IMG/VR virus record: IMGVR_UViG_3300014205_000007
Coordinates: 34,090-98,089 of that record
Strand: one strand, 5' to 3'
DNA length: 64,000 bases
Source: a virus
Lineage: Duplodnaviria > Caudoviricetes
In this document: in pieces, positions 27,885-37,503 of the stretch
How positions within the stretch are numbered: position 1 is the first letter of the stretch
Layout of the letters: each line of letters starts with the position of its first letter
The notes under the pieces: generated by a model
What the model was told of the DNA's origin: nothing
What the model saw: only the letters and a program-made list of their open reading frames with translations
The model's database searches: none
Position numbers and translations under genes: made by a program

Positions 27885-28304
27885 TCAAGCCGCGCGGCTT
27901 GACTCACGAGATTTGATAAGGTCCAGCACGGCCCAAGCGTCTGCGCCAGAGACTTTGATCGTGTGGTCATGGCGCCAGTCAGAACCTTTATCATCACCGT
28001 CAGACTCGTTGTGATGAATGTGGATCACAAGATCGATTTCACATCCCTGGTACTTTCCAGATTCATACTTTTCTATCGTTTTCACCGACCCACTCGACAT
28101 TGACACGCCTCCTAGATTGCACGCATGTTCAATCGCTGCCCTATGCGATCGATGTCGGCTACGCGCGCCTTGATCCGCTTTCACTGCTCTTCGTTTGGAA
28201 CATTTGCAGTGCACTCGCTCAAAGTTTTCTAACACTATCCACGCTTTCGCCCATTCCTTCCCGTGCCATAGGACAAGCCAACGGTAACGGATACGTGCGA
28301 ACAT
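27885..28304 (-). CDS. hypothetical protein(s); second start at 28100 likely
   Basis: GAGGAG RBS before 28304; internal GGAGG before MSSG at 28100. Confidence 0.4.
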   Translation of the reverse strand: MFARIRYRWLVLWHGKEWAKAWIVLENFERVHCKCSKRRAVKADQGARSRHRSHRAAIEHACNLGGVSMSSGSVKTIEKYESGKYQGCEIDLVIHIHHNESDGDDKGSDWRHDHTIKVSGADAWAVLDLIKSRESSRAA

Positions 28305-28306
28305 TT

Positions 28307-28383
28307 ACTCCTCGCTTCAACCCGATGGGAGGTGAGAAGGCAACCAACTCTCAACTTGCGCCGGGAGGGTTGCCTGAAACAAA
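28307..28383 (-). promoter_or_regulatory. structured leader element, copy 1
   Basis: shares ACTCCTCGCTTCA, ATGGGAGGnGAGAAGGCA and GTTGCCTGAAACAAA with 46749..46822. Confidence 0.65.
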
Positions 28384-28390
28384 TCTTACC

Positions 28391-31024
28391 TCAGTTCACA
28401 GTATAGGTAAATGGCGGTAGTCTTGACGCATCGTACACTGGCCCACCCACTGACTTCTCTTGTGGATCAGGCTTCTGTTGAACGATTTTCAGCAACGCTT
28501 CGGCAAGCTCTCCAAGCGCTCGGTGATAGAGTTCCCTCTCTGCCTGCGACTGGTCATCCGCATCGACCTTACCGCCCATAGCCATTGATCCACCCTGGCC
28601 TTGACTTTTGGCTGGGGTGATTAGCCCGGACATCTGGTTCAACTGCTGGTCTACGATGGGGTCAGCGTCTGGGTGAACACCGACTGTCTGGGCGACCTTC
28701 AGAGCTTCCACCGAGAGTTTGGTCTCTCGGTTCTGGTGTGAATCATAAGCCTTGAAGGCCATCTCCTGGTCCTTCTGGCTCAACTGCTTGCTCTTCAGTG
28801 CGAGTAGGGCTTCCTGGTTGGGATCGGACTGGGGCAGAGCCGAGGAAGCCTGATGCGCGATCTTCGATGCTTCGATATTTTCCTTGGAGGCCAGTTGATC
28901 CTTTTTGAGTTGTGTGTCACTCTCGACTTTCTTGGCCGAAATTTGCAACTGTCCCTGCTTGGTCTGGCTATCCAGCATTCTGGCCTGCGCCGAGATCATC
29001 GCAGCAACGGCCTTTGGATCGGGTGGCGGCTGGCCCTGTTGGGGAGCAAAGTCGGACTGTATATCATCGATCTTGACCATCGAGGCCCAGCGGGAGACAA
29101 CCCTCTGCATATTGAACACGCCCGGCATTTGCATGGCGGTCTGCAGGTAGGTGTTGGCTTTGGCCAGCCGGTGAATGTGCGATGGAACGTTGGGATCGGA
29201 GGCAGGAACGATCTCGCAATTCTCCAACGCCTGCTTGAAACGCTCCACCCGCTGTTTGTGGGCGGCGGCTACCTGCTCCTCTGTGGCGCTTTTCCCGGCC
29301 GGGATAACACCAAGGGCTGGACGTTTGTTGTCGCGCCACAGGGATTCGGGGTCTTCCTTGAACAGCTCCTGGAAAAGGCTGAACTCCTCTTTCTGGGCCG
29401 CATGGAAGGACTTGTGGACCGAGCTTTCCACCTTGGTTGCCTGCTCGATAGCCGCCAGAACAGAACCTACGGGAGTATTCTGTACTCCTTCCCCGACCGG
29501 AACCTCGGCCGAGCCTCCGAGCTTGGTTCCAACCTCACGCAAGGCCCCCATAAGAGACATCAACCCTGGGGTTACGTCCTTATAGGGGAGCGCCATGATG
29601 GCGTCCTGGATTCTCCCCCCTTGCGCTCCGGTGATATCGACGGGAGCCAAAGTTCCAGGAGCGACGCGGATTTCGTTGGATAGCTGTCGGGTGGCCCCCT
29701 TGGCAATCAATCCGCCGGGGAAGTTGGCGAACATGCCGGCGTCGATCCCCTCGCGAACCAAAGCCGTCAAGGCCATGGTGATATTGCCGAGGATGTGCAG
29801 AAGTCCAATTCCGTAGATCCCCGCAAATCCTGCCGTGACATAAGGGAAGGCAACAAAGGGAATCTTGGCTTGCACGTTGCCGTTCTCAAACCCCGGATCA
29901 CCCTCGCGCCAGTTGCGGCGGATTTCGAGGATGGTGCGGCTGTCCTTGTCAATGGTCACACGATAGGGAAGAGGAATTCCGGTCGGCTCGCCTTTCTTTC
30001 CGCCCCCTTCCAAATGCTCGAACCCTTCCAGGTCGAGCGCGCAATAGCACTCATATATGGTATAGGTCTGGTCCTCCTGCCGTTGTGGCTTGGCGTCCAA
30101 CCCTGCAACATCGGCTCGTTTGACATCGAGCACGTTGGGGGCTGAGTTGGGCGTCGTCAAGGATACGTCGCGATAAACCCCCATCTTCTGCATGATACGC
30201 ATCACCCGCTGATCCATATCGATCTGATGCGTGACGCGGGGAGCGTTCTTGAGGTCTGTGGCGTTGGACGGTATAATCAAATCCGCCCCATCGACGCTTT
30301 CGGACACGGGGCGCTGTCTCAGTGGGCAGCGATAGACCTTCTTAAACATCCCCGAGGCATAGACCGTCATTCCCAGCATGTTTCTGGTATCGGGGTAATA
30401 CTCGGAGGCCGTATTGGTGAAGAAATAGTTATAGTCCTTCTCCAGCTCTTCGGCCAGCTTGTCGTTGTCGGTGGTTTCATCGCCGTAGTTGACGGCCTTG
30501 CATGGTCCTTCACTCGGACACAGCTCGGCATAGGCTGTGGCTTGGGCGTTCAGAACTGCATCGAGGAGGATCGGATCGCGCACCCGCGACATGCCATCGA
30601 GTGGGGCCGAGCTGGCCCCGACCGACCCGCCAGGTCGTTCCAACTTCAACCCGAGAAGGTCGATGCCTTCGGCACGTTGGTTGATCCAGTCGGCGCGGTC
30701 GCGTTCGTCCTCATCGATGGCATCGAGGAGTGATCCTGCCAGTCCTCCGAGGATACCGTTCTCAATGTACTCGGCGAGATTGTCATCAAACTTAGTCGAT
30801 TTTGGGAGAGGTTGGGGATTGAAGTCGATGATGACATCCCCGTCCTCGCCGGGAATCTCCACCGCCCCTGAAAGCGGATCGACCGATGGAGCGCCCACCC
30901 CGTCCAGTTGCACGTCAATCGATACGTCGGCATCGGACAGGAAGGGCGGAATACCTCCGATGCCTCCACCGTCTGCTTTGGCTGCGGATGACTTGCTCTT
31001 TTTGGTAGCTTTGGACTTGGCCAT
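28391..31024 (-). CDS. portal protein
   Basis: 877 aa; FDDNLAE, GMFKKVY, PYRVTID, ILEIRRNW, LIDAG-like GIDAG, LPYK; coiled-coil C-terminus; downstream of terL. Confidence 0.85.
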   Translation of the reverse strand: MAKSKATKKSKSSAAKADGGGIGGIPPFLSDADVSIDVQLDGVGAPSVDPLSGAVEIPGEDGDVIIDFNPQPLPKSTKFDDNLAEYIENGILGGLAGSLLDAIDEDERDRADWINQRAEGIDLLGLKLERPGGSVGASSAPLDGMSRVRDPILLDAVLNAQATAYAELCPSEGPCKAVNYGDETTDNDKLAEELEKDYNYFFTNTASEYYPDTRNMLGMTVYASGMFKKVYRCPLRQRPVSESVDGADLIIPSNATDLKNAPRVTHQIDMDQRVMRIMQKMGVYRDVSLTTPNSAPNVLDVKRADVAGLDAKPQRQEDQTYTIYECYCALDLEGFEHLEGGGKKGEPTGIPLPYRVTIDKDSRTILEIRRNWREGDPGFENGNVQAKIPFVAFPYVTAGFAGIYGIGLLHILGNITMALTALVREGIDAGMFANFPGGLIAKGATRQLSNEIRVAPGTLAPVDITGAQGGRIQDAIMALPYKDVTPGLMSLMGALREVGTKLGGSAEVPVGEGVQNTPVGSVLAAIEQATKVESSVHKSFHAAQKEEFSLFQELFKEDPESLWRDNKRPALGVIPAGKSATEEQVAAAHKQRVERFKQALENCEIVPASDPNVPSHIHRLAKANTYLQTAMQMPGVFNMQRVVSRWASMVKIDDIQSDFAPQQGQPPPDPKAVAAMISAQARMLDSQTKQGQLQISAKKVESDTQLKKDQLASKENIEASKIAHQASSALPQSDPNQEALLALKSKQLSQKDQEMAFKAYDSHQNRETKLSVEALKVAQTVGVHPDADPIVDQQLNQMSGLITPAKSQGQGGSMAMGGKVDADDQSQAERELYHRALGELAEALLKIVQQKPDPQEKSVGGPVYDASRLPPFTYTVN

Positions 31025-31286
31025 GGCGGTGGATTGGGCCTATAATGGTTGCGGAGCATGCAGTGCGGAAAGCAGACGCACGGTACGCCATCGGCAGTTG
31101 GCCCATAAGGGAACGCGGAAAATCTACTCTTCTGGATTTAAGCCTTTGGAGTGGTGAACATCTTCAGCCGAGCGGACAGGACGACGCATGAGGGAGGACC
31201 GAGGATCGATCTCGACTAGGTTACTCTCGTGCTGACAAAACCGCTCAAAGGTGCCGCGATTAGCTGGAGTAGCGCCCAGCCATGCT

Positions 31287-31544
31287 CTAATTCACCGCCC
31301 CGTTCGCCTCGCCGCCCGCGTTCTGATTGGCTGCTACCTGCTGCCCTTGCAGAGCCTGGATATTCAACTGCATGGTGTGGAGTTCATCGAGAAGGCGTAC
31401 TGTGGCTGCGAGATGCTTCTTGACGGCCTCGGCGTCGATAGCCATGGGCTGGGTTTGGGAAACATAGGTTAGGGCGTCCTTGAGGTCAGCCTGAATCATA
31501 CCGATGGCGCGTGCGGGGGTGATGTGGATCGGTTCGTCGTACAT
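31287..31544 (-). CDS. hypothetical protein
   Basis: GAGG RBS, TAATG coupling. Confidence 0.5.
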   Translation of the reverse strand: MYDEPIHITPARAIGMIQADLKDALTYVSQTQPMAIDAEAVKKHLAATVRLLDELHTMQLNIQALQGQQVAANQNAGGEANGAVN

Positions 31545-31774
31545 TAAGCAACTTCCTCTGTTTTGTCTTCAAGGATCATGGACTTGCGGATGGCGTTAAG
31601 TTCGATGAGACGCGCTGCGTGGTAAGAGCAGCGGTCAGCGATTTGGGCCTCGGATGGACCAAAGTAGCCAACGTACTCGCTGCCTGCGGCCACCTTGCCG
31701 TGAAATTCGATCAGTTGCGACATCTCGGCAAACGTCATCCCGATAGGCTGGCTCAAGTCTTTAACTTTGGACAT
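31544..31774 (-). CDS. hypothetical protein
   Basis: coupled to the next gene. Confidence 0.45.
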   Translation of the reverse strand: MSKVKDLSQPIGMTFAEMSQLIEFHGKVAAGSEYVGYFGPSEAQIADRCSYHAARLIELNAIRKSMILEDKTEEVA

Positions 31775-31893
31775 CTACACCCATCTGGGGTTGCTCTGAT
31801 TCGACAAGAAGATTATCATCTTCACGCAGACCGCACCACAGCGGAAGCGTTGGAGAAAGTCACCCGAGCGGTATCAGGCAAGAGGGAGACAGA

Positions 31894-32154
31894 ATGAGCT
31901 ATCACATAGACCCAGCAACTGGCCATGTCATTCTATCCCGCGCATATACCGCCTCAGACGGCAGCCCCAGCTTCGACCTCACACAGCATATCAAGGACAT
32001 CGTGAAGGAAGCTCTTGCAGAGCGGGGGTTTCATAGTCTCTGCCCTCAATGCGGAGGCCCGCGGCACCAGATGCGAATGCAAGACGCGAGAGTTACCGCT
32101 AAGTGCTCATCGTGCGGTATGTTCTATGTTGCGCCTGTAACCGTAGGACCATAA
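31894..32154 (+). CDS. small zinc-ribbon protein, counter-oriented
   Basis: GAGGGAG RBS; CPQCG...CSSCG. Confidence 0.55.
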   Translation: MSYHIDPATGHVILSRAYTASDGSPSFDLTQHIKDIVKEALAERGFHSLCPQCGGPRHQMRMQDARVTAKCSSCGMFYVAPVTVGP

Positions 32155-32170
32155 CGATACGGTACATGGG

Positions 32171-33940
32171 TTAGCGTAGGTAATCCCCTGCTACAGAGTT
32201 CGTGCTCGGTCTCTGCCTAGCGAGGTCTTCTTCCTCTAGGGCGCGTTCCTCGCGGCGAATGGCAATGTTTGTATCCCGCAGATGACGCAACGCCATGACA
32301 ACCGCGTCCACCACGTCGTCATGCTGGCCTTTTGGAAAAAGGCCCATATCCACAATCACGTCTTGCGCCCAATCTCTCCATACCCACGCCTTCAGATCGG
32401 GACCACACTGCTTGCAGTGCGTCTTGCCGTGCATAGAGCACACCCATCCACCAGGAGCATACACCATTTCATCGGTAAAAATGTCCACGACCGAATGAGC
32501 GCGCGACCACTTATCGCCTCTGGCAGGAACAAGTCTGGTGCCCCACGAAGAGTTAGCGTACAGTCGCTTCAGTTCCGCCGCCACGTCGTGCCCCCGAGCG
32601 GAATCTTCAATCAACAGCCTGTCCACCTTGCGCTTGGAGCAAGTAAAATTCACCCATTCGGTCAACCCCCATTTGGGAGCACATCGCCGTAGGTACGCGC
32701 GCTCATCCTCATCGGGATGACGCTGAACACGCTCCCCATGCAAGGGGAGTCGCTTCTTCCAAGCGTCCACCATCATCAGGCAACGATTGCCTGTCTTTGG
32801 ATGGTCGTAAGCTGATATAACTACCAACGCCGAATAGTCGTTGTGCTGTTTTTCCTTGAACGCCGTATCCACGGAGGCGAGGGTGAATATGGGAATGAAG
32901 TCATAAACTCCGCTTAGTGGAACCTCGTAATACTGCCACCAATCTTCCTTGAATAGTCCTCCGCCACGCGGGGACGGGCGCTGCTGGTACTGTCCGGCCC
33001 ACAGATATGAGTTCGCCTTATAAGACTCCAGGACATTTGCTGGATACCGATCCTCCCAGGCCAGTTCGCCATCGTATTGGCGAGGGTCTTGGCCGTCGTT
33101 CCATCCCAAGTAATGGGAGAAGTGCCGTCCAGACTCGTACTCCATGGGGATAACAAGGTGACAATAATCCTTCGGAAGATGCTTGCGAATCTCCCCGCAA
33201 GCATCGTCCTCATAGAGGCGCTGCATGATAATCACGATAGCATCGCGACGCAGATCGTTCAGGCGGTTCTGCATCGCTTCTCGGACCCACGTCGTTACGT
33301 TTAGGCGTGCTTCCGGGCTCTCTGCTGTGCCCTTTAGGGCGTGGGGATCATCGAGAATGACGCGATGCCCGCGAATACCCGTTCCGACCGACCCAAACGA
33401 CGAAGCCAAACTTGAGCCCGTCTTATCGTTGGTGACCATAATCTTTCCGTCACCAACGACGTTGAATACATGCCCCCACATCTCCCGATAAGCTTCGGAG
33501 CAGATCAAGTCTCGGAATTTGGCGTTATCGCGCTCGGTGAGAGTCGGAGAATATGAGAACGAAACATACCGCAAGTGCGGCAGCCCCATAGGACCCCATT
33601 CCCATGCCTTCCAGAAGACTTGAACGCATAAGCTTTTCATAAACCCCGGCGGCACATTTGCCACGAGGCGATTGAGAGGCTTTTCTTCACCGTCTATGTT
33701 AACGATTTCACTGCCGGTGATAGCCTCTAGGTGAGCGCACAGGCATTCTAACGGCCACCCATCCACAAATGGGTCAACTGGCTCCAGAACGTGCCAGAAA
33801 TAGCGGATGAACTCCATCAGCCCCCCGTAGGGGTTGGACTGGCGCTTTCGCTCCTCCCTCAGGTACTTTTCTTTAAGCGCCTTTGCGTATTGCTCTTTTA
33901 AGGCCCGCGGACTGGCACCTGAGGGTGCGGGTACGTCCAT
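32171..33940 (-). CDS. terL: terminase large subunit
   Basis: NVPPGFMKSL Walker A, VILDDPH Walker B, IMQRL, GQYQQRP, SVDTA, HDDVVD nuclease residues. Confidence 0.93.
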   Translation of the reverse strand: MDVPAPSGASPRALKEQYAKALKEKYLREERKRQSNPYGGLMEFIRYFWHVLEPVDPFVDGWPLECLCAHLEAITGSEIVNIDGEEKPLNRLVANVPPGFMKSLCVQVFWKAWEWGPMGLPHLRYVSFSYSPTLTERDNAKFRDLICSEAYREMWGHVFNVVGDGKIMVTNDKTGSSLASSFGSVGTGIRGHRVILDDPHALKGTAESPEARLNVTTWVREAMQNRLNDLRRDAIVIIMQRLYEDDACGEIRKHLPKDYCHLVIPMEYESGRHFSHYLGWNDGQDPRQYDGELAWEDRYPANVLESYKANSYLWAGQYQQRPSPRGGGLFKEDWWQYYEVPLSGVYDFIPIFTLASVDTAFKEKQHNDYSALVVISAYDHPKTGNRCLMMVDAWKKRLPLHGERVQRHPDEDERAYLRRCAPKWGLTEWVNFTCSKRKVDRLLIEDSARGHDVAAELKRLYANSSWGTRLVPARGDKWSRAHSVVDIFTDEMVYAPGGWVCSMHGKTHCKQCGPDLKAWVWRDWAQDVIVDMGLFPKGQHDDVVDAVVMALRHLRDTNIAIRREERALEEEDLARQRPSTNSVAGDYLR

Positions 33941-33979
33941 AAGTAGCCACCCCCCTCAGGTTACTTACGATTCACTTAT

Positions 33980-34444
33980 CTAGTGTCTCGTGGATAGCCC
34001 AAGCTCTTTTTCAAGCTGCTTCACAACGTCGTCCAGTTGTTCGTCGGGCATGTGGGAGAACTCACCAACATCGCCTGTTTCCACCTGCTTAATATAGAAC
34101 CTGCGCAATTCTCCACGCTTTACCTCCGCCTTAATCGCAGCGTCGTACTTGCCCTCTGCCTCTGCCGCCTTACCCAAAAAATCCAGCCTCTCCATGTGCG
34201 CTTCGAGGGTCAGCAATCCACGCGCATCGGCCTGTATCTGAATCCTTTCCGAGGCACGCTCCAGCCCAAGGGTAATCATGGGGCCTAAAAGCTCATGCTT
34301 TAGAAGCTTTTGCACCTCGCTATCGATGGCCGCATCGGACATTTTCTCGGCGTCGTACGCCAAACGATACGCCTCTCTGCCGTTCTTCTTGTTGAGGTAC
34401 GCAATACGGAACGCCTCCTGCTTTGGGGTCAGCTTTCTTGCCAT
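33980..34444 (-). CDS. terS: terminase small subunit
   Basis: LTPKQEAF...AYRLAY HTH; directly upstream of terL. Confidence 0.8.
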   Translation of the reverse strand: MARKLTPKQEAFRIAYLNKKNGREAYRLAYDAEKMSDAAIDSEVQKLLKHELLGPMITLGLERASERIQIQADARGLLTLEAHMERLDFLGKAAEAEGKYDAAIKAEVKRGELRRFYIKQVETGDVGEFSHMPDEQLDDVVKQLEKELGLSTRH

Positions 34445-34464
34445 CCCGTTATCCCATGGCTCTC

Positions 34465-34779
34465 TTACTTGCTCTCGCCCTTCAGATACGACTCGAATTC
34501 TTTGGCAGCGGACAGAATGTTTGCAACGCTGTCAATGTCGCTCAGGTGTTCTGCAAGCTCAACGGCATGCTCCAAGGCAATACGCCTGCACTCTACGTCT
34601 GATAGTTCGTAAATTTCCATGCTTACTTCCCTCCACGCCAAGAAGTCCTCACCCTTACTCCATCGAACTTCTGTAGGATCGTAACCTACACCAGTCGTGG
34701 GCATCAGATAGACCGTTTTCACTGCTTTCTTGCCATCCACTACGTTGACTTCCTTATCTGGCAAACTGCCTGAGTTCAT
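34465..34779 (-). CDS. hypothetical protein with C-terminal helical RxxALE...A..F..YL domain
   Basis: CRRIALEHAVE...ILSAAKEFESYL. Confidence 0.5.
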   Translation of the reverse strand: MNSGSLPDKEVNVVDGKKAVKTVYLMPTTGVGYDPTEVRWSKGEDFLAWREVSMEIYELSDVECRRIALEHAVELAEHLSDIDSVANILSAAKEFESYLKGESK

Positions 34780-35713
34780 CGAGACTCATAAAAGCTGTTG
34801 GCATCCCTTCTTTCTTGAGAAGCAACGGGAAGGCCCCTTGCGCAACCTTAAAATCTGGAACAGAAGCATACACCTGATCTGGGAATGCAGTGAAACAATA
34901 TCTCTCGTATGACTTAACGAGAATATTGCCCGTAGCCTTGTCGCACCAAGCATCAAGCTCGAACGGAATGCGCTCCATCCGAAAGAAATTCTTCCTTCCC
35001 GTGAGAACAAACCACCCCCGCTCACTGGGAAGCGCACCCCACGATGTGACCGGCAACGGGCTGATACGCTCCGCTTCGTCGCTGATGGATGGATGAACGA
35101 CTAAGACGGATGCCTGCTGCCCACAAGAGGCGTGCCAATCGATAGCCCTCTTAATTCCTTCCAAGCTGAGGTCATCGGTATCCTGGATGCCCGGTCCGGG
35201 CGCCCCATCAATCGACATCCACAACCTGGAATTATGAACAGATACAGCGCCCATGGCGTCCCTTGTGGCCCTGTGTGCCGCAAACAGCCCGTCTCGTATT
35301 TCAATTGCCTGACGCACAATGGCTCTATTGCTTACGTTGAACCGAATACACGATCCAAGCCCTACCTGAAAAGGGAGTGCGTTATAGACTGGACGCAGAG
35401 GTGTGTAGCGATCCTCTGTTAGCTCTCGATCCGTGTAATTCGGGTCAGATGACACCTCTTGGACGCTGAGAACGGCCCTGCGTGTGTCGAAGAGCTTATC
35501 ATTGACGCCGGAAAGTGCCTCGCGAGCCATTCCCTGGCTCACTGGCAGAATGGCCCCACGCACGGCGTCCAGCCTGCGACGCATAGCAATGGGCAGCGCG
35601 TTGGGATCGTCGCCATCCATCGACACTACACTCGCCTTAGCCAAGGCAGGCGCGCTGACGATTGCCGCAGCCGCTATTGTACCGAACGATCTGCGCGTAA
35701 TTGCCATTGCCAT
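34754..35713 (-). CDS. major capsid protein paralog with N-terminal twin-arginine (Tat) signal peptide
   Basis: ITRRSFGTIAAAAIVSAPALAKA; colinear matches to MCP such as YNALPFQVGLG and MERIPFELD...NILVKSYERY. Confidence 0.8.
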   Translation of the reverse strand: MAMAITRRSFGTIAAAAIVSAPALAKASVVSMDGDDPNALPIAMRRRLDAVRGAILPVSQGMAREALSGVNDKLFDTRRAVLSVQEVSSDPNYTDRELTEDRYTPLRPVYNALPFQVGLGSCIRFNVSNRAIVRQAIEIRDGLFAAHRATRDAMGAVSVHNSRLWMSIDGAPGPGIQDTDDLSLEGIKRAIDWHASCGQQASVLVVHPSISDEAERISPLPVTSWGALPSERGWFVLTGRKNFFRMERIPFELDAWCDKATGNILVKSYERYCFTAFPDQVYASVPDFKVAQGAFPLLLKKEGMPTAFMSLDELRQFAR

Positions 35714-35753
35714 TAAGACTTCACCCCAGTGAAAGATAGAAGGGATCTACGGT

Positions 35754-36281
35754 TCATGCCTTTGTCTCATCATTCGTTACCTCTGGCCACTCTGGCTGCT
35801 TATCGGTTCTGGCCATTCTAGCGTAGCATTTAACCGTAATGAAGCGGTGATCCACCACACCCCAGATATCAGTTGTATGATCGATCTCTGCGCGAGATTC
35901 GATAATCTTTCGCGCCTCTTCGTTGCTGTTACGATATTGCTCTCGGGTAGCGACCATCTCGGTGAATATGCGTGGCTCCCACACGTCGTGCTCAAATTTG
36001 TTCCGCCAGTACATGGTCCCTTCGGTCTTGCTCAGGTACGCTTTGACTTGCTCTCGGACGTCAAAGGCGCAATATGCTTCAGCGAGAGCGCGATCAAACG
36101 GCTCATTCCTGCACGTATATCCAGAAGCAAATTCGACGTATGGAACCCCCTCGCAAACCACGCGACATTGCGGCCCATCGGCTTGTTCAGGAATCGACTT
36201 GAGCCAATCAGATACATCCTGAAACGTTTGTCGCGTCCCAGGGTACTTCATGGATGCAACCGCTTTGAAATTGCCTGTCAT
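35754..36281 (-). CDS. hypothetical protein
   Basis: likely start MTGNFK after GGAAGAGG; MYWRNKFE, VKCYARM. Confidence 0.5.
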   Translation of the reverse strand: MTGNFKAVASMKYPGTRQTFQDVSDWLKSIPEQADGPQCRVVCEGVPYVEFASGYTCRNEPFDRALAEAYCAFDVREQVKAYLSKTEGTMYWRNKFEHDVWEPRIFTEMVATREQYRNSNEEARKIIESRAEIDHTTDIWGVVDHRFITVKCYARMARTDKQPEWPEVTNDETKA

Positions 36282-36300
36282 GCCTCTTCCTTCCCGCACA

Positions 36301-36648
36301 TCAGCAATCGCCCTTTTCATCAACCACGTCTGGCGCCTCTCGGCGTTGCTTCTGCTCTTCCAACTCGGCTGCGACCTCAGTCTCCAAGGTTGCGATATCA
36401 ACGTCGATGTTGAACTTGGACTTCAAAATGCCCGTCTTGCCTACAATGGTTCCGGTCAAAAGGCCGGCAGACGCCGAATTGAACGCTGCCAGCATCTGAT
36501 CTTCAATGCTTGGCCATAGGCTCTTGGGAAGGCAGAACAGGGCATGCGTAGAGAGAACCGAACGCTTCGGACGACTTGCATTTGCGCGGATCGCCTCTTT
36601 GATGTCCTCGATCAGGCCGTTGGCCTCTTGTATCTCTTTCGGCGTCAT
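36301..36648 (-). CDS. hypothetical protein
   Basis: GGAG RBS. Confidence 0.5.
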   Translation of the reverse strand: MTPKEIQEANGLIEDIKEAIRANASRPKRSVLSTHALFCLPKSLWPSIEDQMLAAFNSASAGLLTGTIVGKTGILKSKFNIDVDIATLETEVAAELEEQKQRREAPDVVDEKGDC

Positions 36649-36652
36649 GTCT

Positions 36653-36859
36653 TTACTCCCCTAGATACTTCAATTTCGGCAGGCTCACCTTCACCTCTCT
36701 GGTTGCCTCTACCCTGGCTAGGTTCATGGCGAGGTGCTGCTTTCGGCTGATGGGACGGTGACCGTATTGCTTGCGCTTAGCCATGACCTTGATCGGGCTC
36801 GCCGACTTGATGAAATCAAGCTGGTCCTCTACGTCCTCTTGCGTTGTTCCAAATGGCAC
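36653..36859 (-). CDS. hypothetical protein ending VSLPKLKYL
   Basis: in operon; shares its C-terminal motif with the neighbour. Confidence 0.45.
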   Translation of the reverse strand: MPFGTTQEDVEDQLDFIKSASPIKVMAKRKQYGHRPISRKQHLAMNLARVEATREVKVSLPKLKYLGE

Positions 36860-36862
36860 GAT

Positions 36863-37082
36863 TTACTCGTTCTCCATGAACTTGAGCTTAGGGAGGGTGA
36901 GGGGAACATCCCTCATGGCATCAGATCGCTCAAGCGCCTTTAATCGCTGATCTCGCGCATCTGGGGGCCTATTCAAGCCGATTCTATTCAGGTGTATGGT
37001 TCTCAAGCCCTTGTTGAGCTTGAAAATCTCACACCGCTCCTCGCCTTCGTGATCTTCCGTAAAATCAGAGACGTCCGACATG
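36863..37082 (-). CDS. hypothetical protein ending LTLPKLKFM (start approximate)
   Basis: likely start MSDVSDF. Confidence 0.4.
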
Positions 37083-37083
37083 G

Positions 37084-37500
37084 CTAGTTCGCCGTTTGCC
37101 CAAAATTGCCGCAATTGACGTAGTCGCCGCCTCCGCCACCCCAAATCGAGCGCACATTGCCAGAGAGCTTCGAGGCTTCATCCCGCCCCAATGCCGCAGC
37201 ACGACACTCTGAAAGACGATTGTTGATGTACCCCTCACCCAAAACAACGCCAGATTCAACCAACATCTGGCGGCGACTACGGATATGGTCCGTCTTTGCT
37301 TTACACGCCAGGGCGCGGGCCAGCTCCAGGACTTGCATCTTCTCAGCCTGTCCGAGATGGGCGTAGAGACTGTCCATCCTCTGTGAGCGTTCCAGGAGGG
37401 CCAGGTCGTCGATGTCGGAGTTCAACTGCTGTAGGGTGACGTTGGCGTTGACGAGCTGAGATGGGTTCATGCGTCTTCCGGGAGTTGTAAACGCACGCAC
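37084..37500 (-). CDS. hypothetical coiled-coil protein
   Basis: in operon; likely start MNPSQL. Confidence 0.45.
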   Translation of the reverse strand: MRAFTTPGRRMNPSQLVNANVTLQQLNSDIDDLALLERSQRMDSLYAHLGQAEKMQVLELARALACKAKTDHIRSRRQMLVESGVVLGEGYINNRLSECRAAALGRDEASKLSGNVRSIWGGGGGDYVNCGNFGQTAN

Positions 37501-37503
37501 GCT

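Noticed and set aside
13200-31157. Long plus-strand ORFs (13200..14159, 13246..14178, 17490..18281, 23393..24088, 28853..29683, 30537..31157)
   Set aside because: Antisense shadows of well-supported minus-strand genes in GC-rich DNA
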